A stretch of DNA of 57,324 nt, filler included, from Malassezia furfur (Eukaryota): assembly GCA_052055015.1 (NCBI GenBank). It is 3 parts of 3 records of this genome, joined end to end, with 100 filler letters (N's around TTAATTAATTAA, not from the genome) between each part and the next. Parts side by side here need not be neighbours in the genome. Positions count along the whole stretch, not along the records: positions 19,287 to 38,338 come from JBQJIT010000197.1; 2 more parts are not named here. One strand, 5' to 3'. Of this stretch, positions 24,809-35,453 are shown piece by piece (position 1 is the stretch's first letter; each line of letters starts with the position of its first letter). The notes below the pieces were generated by a model, which saw only the letters and a list, made by a program, of their open reading frames with translations, was not told the DNA's origin and made no database searches. The translations under genes and the position numbers were made by a program.

Positions 24809-25368
24809 CTCGGTATCCCGCGCGGCTTCCTCGCCGCGTCGCAATCGCCCCCGGGCCGCGCTCGTCGACGGTACTGGCTCGAGCGTACCGCGTAATCCCC
24901 GGGCATGTTGCCGGGCACCACTAGGCCCCCCCGCCTGCTCGCTGACAAAGCGATGCCCGCGGCGCGTGGCGTGCCGCGTCAGGGGCTAGAGGGGGTTTTT
25001 TAGTTTTCTTCGCGTGCCACGGCCGCTTCGCGTGCGACCATCACCTGTCGCGCAGTTCGCTCCCAGTAGCCTACCAACCTGTCCGCCTCTACGAAGCGCG
25101 TGAACGACTGCTTGCAGCGCACCTCGTGTGCGCGTCGTCAGTGTGTCAGGCCCACACGGCTGGGCATCCTCCTGTTTATTCATCACACCGTCCGATCCCA
25201 TGGACGACTGGCTGAGGGAAATGCAGGACAGATTGATTGCGGAGCCACATTACACATTACGTCGCCGCTGATCGGTGCTGCGGCGTAAGGTTGGCGCCGC
25301 ACATCTTCCCCCGTAGCCGCTGCCCGTAGCGCCCACGCCCCTCCACGTACGCCTCCACTTTCCCCACG

Positions 25369-27744
25369 ATGAGTAGCCCGCTGGTGTTTGCCTCTGAGCT
25401 CGCGGGACACACGGGCGACGTGCGTGCGCTCGCGTCGCACCGCACGCCGGACGGCATCACGCTGCTGCTCTCCGGCTCGCGCGACCAGACCGCGCGCCTG
25501 TGGATCCGGCGCACGGACGGGTCGTTCGAGAGCGTCGTCATCGACAACAGCGGCAACGGCTTTGTGAACGCTGTGGCGTTCTTTGAGGATATCGACGGGA
25601 AGCGTACGTGCGGAAACTGACGTCGCAGTGTACGCCCTGACAGGCGGGCAGGACGCGCTCATTAATGCGTACCTCGTGTCGATCAGCGGCAACGGCCACG
25701 TCAAGGTGTCGGGCTCGCCGCGGTTCACGCTCGTGGGCCACGCGGACAACGTGAGCACGATCGGCGTGTACGGCAGCGAGTACATCGTGAGCGGGTCGTG
25801 GGACGCGACCGTCAAGGTGTGGAAGCACTGGGAGTGCGTCGAGACCTACACCAAGCACGAGCTGGCGGTGTGGAGTGTGCTGCCGATCGACGCCAACCGC
25901 TTCGTGTCGGCGTCCGCGGACAAGGGCGTATACCTATGGGCGATCGAGAAGCCGCGCGAGCTGCTCGCGGCGTACACGGGCGCGACGCAGCCCGTGCGTG
26001 GCCTCGCACAGCTCTCCTCGTCGGCGCTCGCGGCGTGCGGCAACGACGCACAGATTCGCGTCTACCCCCTCGACGCCCAGGGCGACGTGCCGCCGCAGGC
26101 GAGCATGGGCGGGCAAACGAGCTTTGTGTACGCGCTCGCCGCGCTCGGGCAGGATACGCTCGTGAGCAGCGGCGAGGACCACACGCTCCGGGTGTGGCAG
26201 CGCGGCGTGTTGGCCCAGGTCATTACGCTGCCGGCCATCTCGTTGTGGTGCGTGTGTGCGCTGCCGAACGGCGACGTGGCGTGCGGCACAAGCGACGGGC
26301 AGGTGCGCATCTTCACGCCGGACGCCGCACAGACGTCCGCGGAGCGCATCGCCGCGTTCGAGGCGTCGGTCGCCGCGCAGGTGCTGGCGGCCGCCGAGAT
26401 CGACGCGGACGTGCCGAGCGGCGAGCGCACGCTGCTCGACCAGCCGGGCACGCACGAGGGCGCGACGTGCGTCGTGCACGACGGCAGTCGCCGCGAGGTG
26501 TACCGCTACAGCACGCACGCCCAGGCGTGGAAGCGCATCGGCCAGATCACCGAGGCGGCCGGCGCGTCGCAGAAGAAGATGCACAACGGCCAGGCGTACG
26601 ACTACGTGTTTGACGTCGACGTCGAGGACGGCGCGCCGCCGCTCAAGCTGCCGTACAACGCGAACGAGAACCCGTACGAGGCCGCCCAGCGCTTCCTCAG
26701 TACGTACGAACTGCCGGCTACCTACCTCGACCAGGTCGTGCAGTTCCTTGAGAAGAACACACAGGCGGTCGGCCTCGCGCCGCCGCCGGCCGCCGCCGAC
26801 CCGTACACGGGCGCGTCGCGGTACACGCCGGCGCAGACGTCCACGGCACCCGCCGCGCCGCTCGACCCCTTTACCGGGGCCGGGGGGCTGACGAGCGCTG
26901 CGCGTTCGCTGCAGGTGCTGCCACACCAGCAGTACCTCGCGTTCGGCCAGGCGAACGTCGGTGCAGCGCGCGCCAAGATTGCCGAGCTCGCGGGCGCAGA
27001 TGCGCCGCTGTCGGACGCGCAGGCCGCGGCGCTCGATGCGCTCGTCGACGCGCTGCAGACCGGTGCGCCGGCGCGCATCGATGTGGTGAGTGCGCTGCTG
27101 TCCACGTGGCCCCTTGCGAAGCGCTTCCCGCTGCTCGACCTGCTGCGCGTCGCGGCGGGCAAGCCGAGCGCGGCGCCGTTTGCGACGTTTGCCACCGACG
27201 CGCTCGTCGGCGCCGACTGGGACGGCCTCGCGACGCAGGCCGACCGCAAGGCCGCCGAGACGAATGCGATGCTGGCGCTGCGCACGCTCGCCAACGGCTT
27301 CGTGGCGCCGCGCGGCGCCGAGGCCGTCGGCGACATGGCGCTCGAGACGCTCGCCACGCTGCAGCAGCCGCCGTGGGACGTGCTGAACAAAAACGCGCGT
27401 ATTGCGCTCGCGACGATTGCGCTCAACTTTTCCGTGCTGGCGGTGCGCGCGACGTCGTTTGCGCAGGGCGAGCTGCTGCTCGCGCTGATCACAGAGGTAC
27501 GTCGCCCACACTCACCCAGCTCCTTGCCTCGGACAGCGACAGCGAGACGGCGTACCGCGCGCTGATGGCCCTCGGAAACCTTGTACGTTGTTCTGCCTAA
27601 CATTAGCTCTACTCTTCCGCAGGCAGCGCGTTGAGCGCTGCATCACGCCGCACCGCCCTCGACCTCGCGCAGGCCTGGGCGACGCGCGCGCCCGAGGCGC
27701 GTGTGACGACAGTGTGTGCGGACCTTGCGCAGCTGCAGCCCTAG
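25369..27744 (+). CDS. DOA1: Doa1/Ufd3/PLAA ubiquitin homeostasis protein (WD40-PFU-PUL); introns 25604-25628 (25 nt), 27497-27519 (23 nt), 27583-27606 (24 nt)
   Basis: GHTGDVR and SGSWDATVKVW WD repeats; YDYVFDVDVEDGAPPLKLPYN PFU motif. Splicing restores DSETAYRALMALGNL. Confidence 0.92.
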
Positions 27745-28844
27745 AGGGGGCGGCCGTAGTCGTCGATATGCAGCCGTGCCTGCCGCACGCGCCAACACAG
27801 GCACAGCACGAGCAGGATGGCCTGCAGCGTGCCGGCAGCAATGTACGCCAGCAGCGATGTCCAGTCGGGGCCCTCGCGCGACGCCAGCGCATACACGAAC
27901 AGCACCATGCCGGGCACCTGCAGCATCATCGTCGGAATGCTCAGGCTGCGCACGAGCCGCGCACGTGCCGTGTGCACAATCTGCGGCAGGTACTGCAGCA
28001 CGGCGAGCACCGTGCCGGTGATCCCCAGGAAGCGCGCCCAGTGCCGGATGTAGCGGTGGTGCGCGTGCATCGCGAGCAGCGCCGTGGTCACCACCGCACA
28101 AAACACCCAGAAGCCCGCGGTGATCCACGCGAGCGTCGTGCCCAGGTGCCATTCCTGCACGGTGCCCGCCTTGCCCGTGATCTCTTCCTGCTCGCCGGGC
28201 AGGTAGTACACCTCGAGGATGCGCCGCATCGCGCGGGGGATGTTGCGGTACGTCGTGTGGTCGCGTGCAGCATGCGTCTCGTGCGGGCGGATGTCGACGT
28301 CGGGCGACACCGCTCTATAGCTCTGGTTGAAGTGCGAGTGGATCTCTTCCAGGTCACTCTCAGACGCCGACGACTCTTGCCCATCGTCCGCCTCGGCGGG
28401 CGGACGCAGGCGCTCAGTCTCGTGCGGCGCACCCTGCTGGCGGCGCACGCGCCGCGCGCGGCGCAGCGGCGAGTCGTCCACGACGTAGTACAGCAGGAAA
28501 AGCACAAAGCTGCGTTAGTCACACCGCACGTACATGGCCGTGAACATGAACCACTGCAGCGACACCTGCAGAATGCCCATCATATGCTCCAAGCAGCTCA
28601 GGCCACTCAGCTTCGCGCAGCACCGCACAATCGGCCACTGCAGCACAATCACATTGAACATGGCACACGCGCTCGACGTCGCGCCCAGGAACAGAAACCA
28701 AGGCGAAAGACCCACGGACGAACGCGAGAGACGAATGCGCATTGCCTGGGGGATGTACGAAAGCACCACACCCACGCACACCACGGCTGCAGCCGCAAAC
28801 GCGGGGCCGTTGTGCGGCAAATCGCACTGGTCCTTTCTCCACAT
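27741..28844 (-). CDS. PQ-loop repeat membrane protein; 24-nt intron 28510-28533
   Basis: SYIPQ and QYLPQ motifs with hydrophobic helices. Intron GTACGT..CTAAC.GCAG removes an in-frame TAA. Confidence 0.85.
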
Positions 28845-28945
28845 GGTCCGCGGGGCGAAACCCTGGAGGAACGGCGCCCGCGCCAAGGTGCCCTCCACCG
28901 CGGTCGCACCAAAAAAAAAGTTTCTGCTCGCTTGCCCCGACGCCA

Positions 28946-29416
28946 ATGCCGCCGCGTCACGCCGCTCGCGAGGGCAAGGCGCCCAAGCGCGCGCCTGGTC
29001 CTGGAAAGCAGCCAAAAAAGTTTACCGAAGACCAGGGCATGGCGCACCTGCTTGCCCTCAGCCAGCACGCCGTCGACAAAACCGACACCGAATACCAGCA
29101 CCGCGTCGACCGCACCCATGCCGCGCTCGCTCAGCGCAAAGAGTCGGAAAAGGAGCGCCGAAAGAAGAAGATGGAGGCCAGACAGTCGCGCGAGACGCCC
29201 ACACGCGCCTCTATGCTCGCGCTTCTGCGTGAGAAGCGCCGGCAAAAATCCCGCGAACGCAAGAGCCACCGCCGGCACCGCGACGAGGACGCCGCCGACG
29301 CCGACGCGCCAGCCGACGCCGATGCATCGGCCCCCGCGGACGGGCCGCGCCCGATCCTCAAGTCGCCCACGGCGCGCCGCGACGCTGCACCAAAGAAGCG
29401 CGTTTCGTTCCACTAA
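28946..29416 (+). CDS. Small basic protein, possibly nucleolar or ribosome-biogenesis (Loc1-like)
   Basis: K/R-rich coiled-coil-like ORF ending KKRVSFH; family assignment is weak. Confidence 0.6.
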   Translation: MPPRHAAREGKAPKRAPGPGKQPKKFTEDQGMAHLLALSQHAVDKTDTEYQHRVDRTHAALAQRKESEKERRKKKMEARQSRETPTRASMLALLREKRRQKSRERKSHRRHRDEDAADADAPADADASAPADGPRPILKSPTARRDAAPKKRVSFH

Positions 29417-30482
29417 CTCCTATTGGCCAACTGCTTGTTCGCATTGGAAAAGTCGCGCACGATGATCTCGCACTTGACCGTGTCGCACAGCTTCTTGGAT
29501 GCTTGCTTGATGGCCGGCGGGAACAGCGTAAGGCCCGCGGCGCGCTCCACGCTTTCGACTGGGTCAGCTGTGCGCGCAACCTACCGTCCGTCTCGAAGCT
29601 GCGCAGCGGCGCCGAATCCGGAATCATGCTGTTTGGCACCACAAACGCGCCAAGCGCCATGGGCGCGCCGCCCAGGCCGGCCTTGGCGATCAGCGAGCCG
29701 CTCTCACCCGCCTTGAGGCCCGTGCCCAGGATCACCTTGGCAAAGTGCGTCGGCACCGACACACTGGGCGGCGAGCCAATCACCTCGTACGACACCCGCC
29801 ATTTGCCGTCGGACGTCTGACGCGGCAGGTACAACGGGATGGTGAACACGTAAAGGTCATCAAACTTGCTCGTGAGGCGGCGCACAAAGTCTTCCGTGTG
29901 CGCCCAGTAGTCGCGGTTCATACCTGCGCCCACCTGCGGCGCAATGTTGCTTAGCAGGAACGTTTCGTTCATCGCCGCCTGGCTCGACTTGACGTCGGCC
30001 GCCGGCACCATATGCCCACGATCGTAACCCGAGCGGAAGTAGGCCGCGTTGGTCGAGCGGAACAGCTCGGGGATGCGCATGTCTTCGGTAAAGAACGAGT
30101 TGGCACGGTTCGCCCCGTCCGGCCCAGGCTTGCGCTGGATCGACGCAGCGGTGAGGTGCTCGGCCGTCCAGTTAGGGTGTCGCAGACGACGGTCGTAAGA
30201 CGACACATAGCCCTGGTGCTGCAGGAGCTGGTCCACGGGGCCTGGGTTGCCCGACAGCGCCAGCGCATCCGATAGGGGCGCCACGACGGCAGCGGTCGGT
30301 ACAGCGCCAGGTACGGCGGCCGGCGCTGTGGCCGGCGCGGGCGTGGGGGCGACCGCACCCGCAGGAACGGTCGTCGTGGGCACAGCGCTCGGCTTGGCGC
30401 TCGAGCGCTGCGCGAAATATGCCACGCTCCCCCCCAGCACCGCACCGCCAGCAAAGAGGCCCACCTGCGCTGCCACGCTCAT
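29413..30482 (-). CDS. NUC1: Mitochondrial endonuclease G; 26-nt intron 29559-29584
   Basis: YDRGHMVPAAD active site, TFLLSNIAPQ and VPTHFAKV. Splicing restores VESVERAAGLTLF. Confidence 0.92.
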
Positions 30483-30577
30483 GACGTTTCGTGCCAAGAA
30501 GGGTCCACGTGGGATCACGTGGAGCACTGCCGAGATCTTCGGCGTGCGCAGTTTCTTCCCCACCCAATTCTTCCAAG

Positions 30578-31998
30578 ATGACCGTCAAGGAGCAGATCGA
30601 GCAAATCCAACAACGTCTCGGCAACCTGGGTGACACGGTGAAGTCCACGGCGTCGTCGGCGGGCCATGCTGTGGCCACGGCGACCTCGCGTAAGCACGTC
30701 TCGTCTGAAGAGGTGATGACGCTCGAGAGCGACTACAGCGCGCACAAGTACGTCGCGTTCGCACTGACCCCAGCTACCACCCGCTGCCTGTCGTGTTCGA
30801 CCGTGCGTATGGCGCGCGCGTCTGGGACCCCGAGGGCAACGAGTACCTCGACTTCCTCTCGGCGTACTCCGCGGTGAACCACGGCCACTGCCACCCGGCA
30901 GTGGTCGGCACGCTCATTGCGCAGGCGCAGCGCCTGACACTCTCGTCGCGTGCCTTCTACAACTCCATGTTCGGCCAGTTTGCCAAGAAGATCACCGAAA
31001 TGTTCGGTTTCGACATGGTGCTGCCCATGAACACGGGTGCGGAGGCGGTCGAGACCGCCATGAAGCTCGCGCGCAAGTGGGCCTACGTCAAGAAGGGCGT
31101 TCCGGAGGACAAGGCGCGCATCTTCAGCGCCTCGGGCAACTTCCACGGCCGCACGTTTGGTGTGATCAGTATGAGCACCGACCCCGACAGTCGCACCGGC
31201 TTTGGTCCGTTCCTGGAGCGTGTCGGTCCGGTGGTGGGCGACATCAAGATTCGCTACGACAATGTCGAGGACATTGAGCGTGCGCTTGAGAAGTACGGCA
31301 AGGAGACCGCCGCGGTGCTTCTCGAGCCCATCCAGGGTGAGGCCGGCATTGTGGTGCCGTCGCCCGAATACTTCCCGCGTGTGGCGGAGCTGTGCAAGAA
31401 GCACAATGTGCTCCTCATCATCGACGAGATCCAGACGGGTCTCGGTCGCACGGGTAAGATGCTGTGCTACGAGCACTACGGCGTGCGCCCTGACATTGTC
31501 ACGCTCGGCAAGGCCCTCAGCGCAGGTGTGTACCCTGTCAGCGCTGTGCTTGCCGACAAGGATGTGATGCTCTGCATCAAGGCCGGCGAGCACGGTAGCA
31601 CGTACGGTGGCAACCCGCTGGGTAGCGCCGTGGCCATGACGGCACTGGACGTGCTTGTCGACGAAAAGCTGCCTGAGCGCGCCGAGCGCCTCGGCAAGCA
31701 GTTCCGCGAGGGTCTCTCCAAGATCCAGAACCCTCTTCTTTCGACTGTGCGCGGTATGGGTCTGCTCAACGCCATCGTTATTGATGAGACGAAGAGCACC
31801 AAGAAGCGCACGGCCTGGGACCTGTGCCTTCTGCTCAAGACCAAGGGCCTTCTCGCGAAGCCCACTCACCAAAACATCATCCGTCTTGCCCCTCCGCTAG
31901 TCATCACCGAGGAGGAGCTCGAGCGCGGCCTGAAGGCGATCGAGGAGGCGCTCAACGAGCTCGACACCGTCGAGGTCATTCCGGGGGCCGAGCACTAG
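30578..31998 (+). CDS. CAR2: Ornithine aminotransferase; 26-nt intron 30748-30773
   Basis: Splicing restores [36 protein letters not shown] and [10 protein letters not shown] motifs. Confidence 0.95.
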
Positions 31999-32050
31999 AT
32001 AGGTTTTTAGTCATCATATCTCCAGAGGGACCTGAGCTTACCTGTTGCCC

Positions 32051-32868
32051 ATGACATCGGACGCGAACGAGAAGGCGAACGGCGCACCGGCACAGCCGGA
32101 GACGGCGAAGGAAGAGCGGAAAGACATCGATCCTTCTACGGGACGCTCGGTGCCCTACAAAAAGGCCAACCAACCTTTCCTTGTACACCAGCGTTATCTC
32201 GCCAAGCAGGCACGCAAGGAGGAGCTCAAGAAGGCGCGCGCCGAGGGGCGGACACTGCCGCCGTCGGAGCTGGACGACTACGATGATGATGCGCCGATTG
32301 CTCGTTTCTTCGGGATTACGTTTCTGGTCGCGTTCATCGCGATCGGTATTGCGGTGCTGAGCGGCCTCTTTTTCGCCGACGACGCACTGTGGGGTTATCG
32401 CGGGAAATGGACCAACTGGCGCACCTACATTCCGGTACGTGGGCACCTATCTGACCCCAGGCGGAGCAGCATGTGTTTACCCCCGACCGACTGATGGTGT
32501 TCAACGGCGACGACGACTCGCTTCCCGTCTTGGTGCGTGCCTTGCAACTGACTCCGCAGCTCTCTATCAAGGGCGATGTGTTTGACGTAAGCGCCGGTCG
32601 GATGCATTACCGGAAGGGCAGCCCGTACCACAACCTCGCGGGCCGTGATGCGTCGCGCGCATTTGTCACGGGCTGCTTTGCGACGCACCTGACGCACGAC
32701 CTGCGTGGGCTGAGTCGCCAAGAACTGGACGCGCTCGACAACTGGCACAAATTCTTCAAGGAGCACCACACCTACTACAAGGTGGGCCGCGCGCGTCTTC
32801 CGCCCATCGACCCAGCCTCGCCGGTCCCAGAGCCGTGCATGACGAGTCGTGGACAAAAGCCTGCGTAG
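32051..32868 (+). CDS. Cytochrome b5-like heme/steroid-binding (MAPR family) membrane protein; introns 32435-32460 (26 nt) and 32533-32559 (27 nt)
   Basis: One TM segment, then LSIKGDVFDVS and AGRDASRAFVTGCF. Confidence 0.85.
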
Positions 32869-32934
32869 ATGATAGGGTATAAGACTATGTCACTAGAGGG
32901 TCAGTATGCTGTCACAATGGAGGGGAGAGGGAGA

Positions 32935-33032
32935 GGTATTCAGAGAAGTGCCCGGATACAGAATTGGGTTTCGGGCCTTTTCGCCAGCGGCTGAGCCGTA
33001 CGCAGACCGTCGTGAAAGGTCTCATCCTACAA
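32935..33032 (-). ncRNA. Box C/D snoRNA, snR73-like (LSU rRNA guide)
   Basis: AGGATGA box C, CTGA box D, GTA/TAC terminal stem. Guide TCACGACGGTCT is complementary to conserved LSU AGACCGTCGTGA (rRNA sequence from memory). Confidence 0.75.
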
Positions 33033-33106
33033 GGGGGATTGGGGGGAGACACTTACATGTCTGTTGGTCAGCCCTGTTTCACACAGTTACGAGGGAGAAA
33101 GACTCA

Positions 33107-33215
33107 TAATTCAGCCTTAAAGCATCCTCAGTTTGGTGAAGGGGTTGCAGCCCCAACACACTCGGACGGTAATTTCCAGCAATCGACAAAGTCGATCGAT
33201 AGGTAATCCTCGAAC
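33107..33215 (-). ncRNA. Box C/D snoRNA, snR77-like (SSU rRNA guide)
   Basis: AGGATTA box C-like, CCGA D', CTGA box D. Guide GCTGGAAATTACCG matches SSU CGGTAATTCCAGC with one bulged nt. Confidence 0.65.
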
Positions 33216-33300
33216 CGAGAGGAGTAGACACTTACAAGTAGAAGACCATGGCGCGCACGAGCAAGCTGTGGTGTCAGCATTGCACGGCAAAAGGGAAGGA

Positions 33301-33380
33301 CAGTTCAGGCAACGAAAGTTATCGCGAATAGACACGAGGTCACCGCGAGACTCTAGTTTGTGTGTTGAAACATCCTGATT
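33301..33380 (-). ncRNA. Box C/D snoRNA, snR78-like (LSU rRNA guide)
   Basis: AGGATGT box C-like, CTGA box D. Guide CAAACTAGAGTC is complementary to LSU GACTCTAGTTTG. Possible second guide TAACTTTCGTT matches SSU AACGAAAGTTA. Confidence 0.7.
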
Positions 33381-33534
33381 GTCCGGGCGGTGTTCGCACG
33401 AACCTTGTCGCTAGTGACGGCAGAAGAAAACCCCTGCGCGGCGCCTCGCGGGCAGGTGGGAAAAAAATTCTTCGGCCGACGCCGGAAGTTTGACGGTTGC
33501 GCGCTCGGTCTGCAGGCCGCACTCTGCGATCGTC

Positions 33535-34161
33535 ATGGCGGCTGAGGACGTGAAGTCGAAGAAGGCTGCTTCGGCAGACTCTCCTAAGAAGGACAAGAAG
33601 GAAAAGAAGGAGAAGAAGGAGAAGAAGGAAAAGAAGGAAAAGAAGGAGGTGTTCGTCGAGGACACGGACGGGGACGTGACAATGACCGAGGTCGCGGAAG
33701 AAGACGACGGCGAGCCGGATCCCGCGCTGCTCAGTCCGATTGCCCACCCGCTTGCCGAGAAGCACCTGACCAAGAAGGTGTTCAAGACGATCAAGAAGGC
33801 ATCCAAGTCGCGCGGCCACGTTAAGCGCGGCGTCAAGGAGGTGGTCAAGAGCCTGCGCAAGGGCGAAAACGGCGTGGTGATTTTGGCCGGCGACATCTCC
33901 CCGGTGGACATCATGTCGCACATCCCTGGCCTGTGTGAGGACACGAACAACCCCTACGTGTACGTGGCGTCGAAGGACCAGCTCGGGAACGCATCCAGCA
34001 CCAAGCGCCCGACCAGCTGCGTAATGATTGTCCCCGGCGGCGGCAAAAAGGCGATCGAGAAGGGCGAGACCAAGGTGAAGGAGAACTACCAGGAGGAGTA
34101 CTCGTACCTGCACAAGGAGGCCGCCCGTCTGGTCCAGGACATGCTTTTGACGATGGGGTAG
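33535..34161 (+). CDS. NHP2: H/ACA snoRNP subunit Nhp2 (L7Ae family) with N-terminal KKE repeats
   Basis: PIAHPLA, VKRGVKEVVKSLRKGE, LAGDISPVDIMSHIP and STKRPTSCVMI motifs. Confidence 0.92.
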   Translation: MAAEDVKSKKAASADSPKKDKKEKKEKKEKKEKKEKKEVFVEDTDGDVTMTEVAEEDDGEPDPALLSPIAHPLAEKHLTKKVFKTIKKASKSRGHVKRGVKEVVKSLRKGENGVVILAGDISPVDIMSHIPGLCEDTNNPYVYVASKDQLGNASSTKRPTSCVMIVPGGGKKAIEKGETKVKENYQEEYSYLHKEAARLVQDMLLTMG

Positions 34162-34191
34162 ACGTCTCGTGTACTATAGTGAACTTCCTGT

Positions 34192-35392
34192 CTACTTTTG
34201 CAAGCCGAGCAACGTGCGAACCTCGCGCACGGTTTGGGCAGCGCGCTGGCTTGCCTTGGTGCGGCCGAGCTCGGCGACTTCGTCGAGGTAGCCCGGTTCG
34301 TTCACCAGCTTGGCATACTCAGTCTGGAACGGCCGTAGCGCCTCGACGATGCTCTCCGTGAGCACCTCTTTAAGCTGGGCGCCCGAGCCGCCCGTGACAT
34401 CTTGGAGCACGGCCGCGACGCTGGCGGGGTCGGGATCGCCTTGTACGCCGACGAGGCGCTCACGCACGGTGCCGCCACCAAATGCCGCGAGGATCGAGAT
34501 AAGGTTGCTCATACCTGGCCGGCGCTCGGGTTCGTAGGTGATGCTTCGTTCGCTATCGGTCACAGCCCGCCGGACCTTGGCGCGGATTTCCTCCGGGGAG
34601 TCGGTCACGAGGATGCGAGAGTTGGCATCGGGTGCCGACTTGGACATCTTTTGCTCCGGATTGCGCAGGGAGAGGATGCGCTTCGTGGGGGTGAGCATGT
34701 ATTCCGGCTGCCGAAAGTAGCGCTTCTTGACCGCGTTGTTGAACTGGTGTGCAATGTCGCGCGTGAGCTCGAGGTGTTGTGTCTGATCCTCGCCGACCGG
34801 GACATGCGTGCCGTGGTAAATGAGGATATCGGCCGCCTGAAGCACCGGATAGGAGAAGAGGCCGAGCTGCAGCTGTGCCTCGTTCACCTTGTCGCTGTCC
34901 TGCACGGTCGCGAGTTTCGACTTCCAAGTTGTCATACGCTCGAGCCGCCCAAACGACGTGACGCAGGAGAGGAACCACATGAGCTGCGTGTGCTCCGGCA
35001 CCTCGTCCTGGTGGAACAGCGTGCATCGATGCGGGTCGATGCCGGTCGCGACCAGGGCGGCCATCATGTTACGCCGGTCCTGGTAAAGCCGCGTGGGGTC
35101 CTGCGGTACAGTAAGGGCATGCAGATCGGCTAGGAAAAAGAAGAGCTCGTCGTCTGGCGCGGCCGTGTTCTGCAAATCCACCCAGCTCTTGAGCGCTCCA
35201 AGGTAATTGCCGATCTGCGTGAGTGGGCATGCGACGTACGTGCGGAATGCCCGTCGGCTGAATGCCGGACACGATCACGCGGCGTGCCTTGCCGCTCGGT
35301 GCCCTGGCCGCCTGCGCCACGGCCGTGGCCAACGTGCGCGCCTGGCCCAGCGGCGCACGGTGCCGGCGGCCCAAGCTCAACGCCCAACGCAT
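34192..35392 (-). CDS. MSW1: Mitochondrial tryptophanyl-tRNA synthetase; 25-nt intron 35215-35239
   Basis: Splicing restores SGIQPTGIPH/IGNYLGA (HIGH motif); KMSKS, YPVLQAADIL and VPVGEDQ motifs; Arg-rich presequence. Confidence 0.93.
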
Positions 35393-35453
35393 GTGGAGGC
35401 AAAAGGTAGAACGAGCGTCGTGGCTCGTTTCGCGACTATGCACTATCATACAA

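Larger units (their letters stand above)
32885..33420 (-). ncRNA. Non-coding snoRNA host transcript; introns 33403-33266, 33235-33061, 33056-32893 (ends approximate)
   Basis: Three donor / CTGAC branch / YAG sets (GTTCGT, GTAAGT, GTAAGT), separated by 30-nt and 4-nt exons; no long ORF. Confidence 0.75.
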
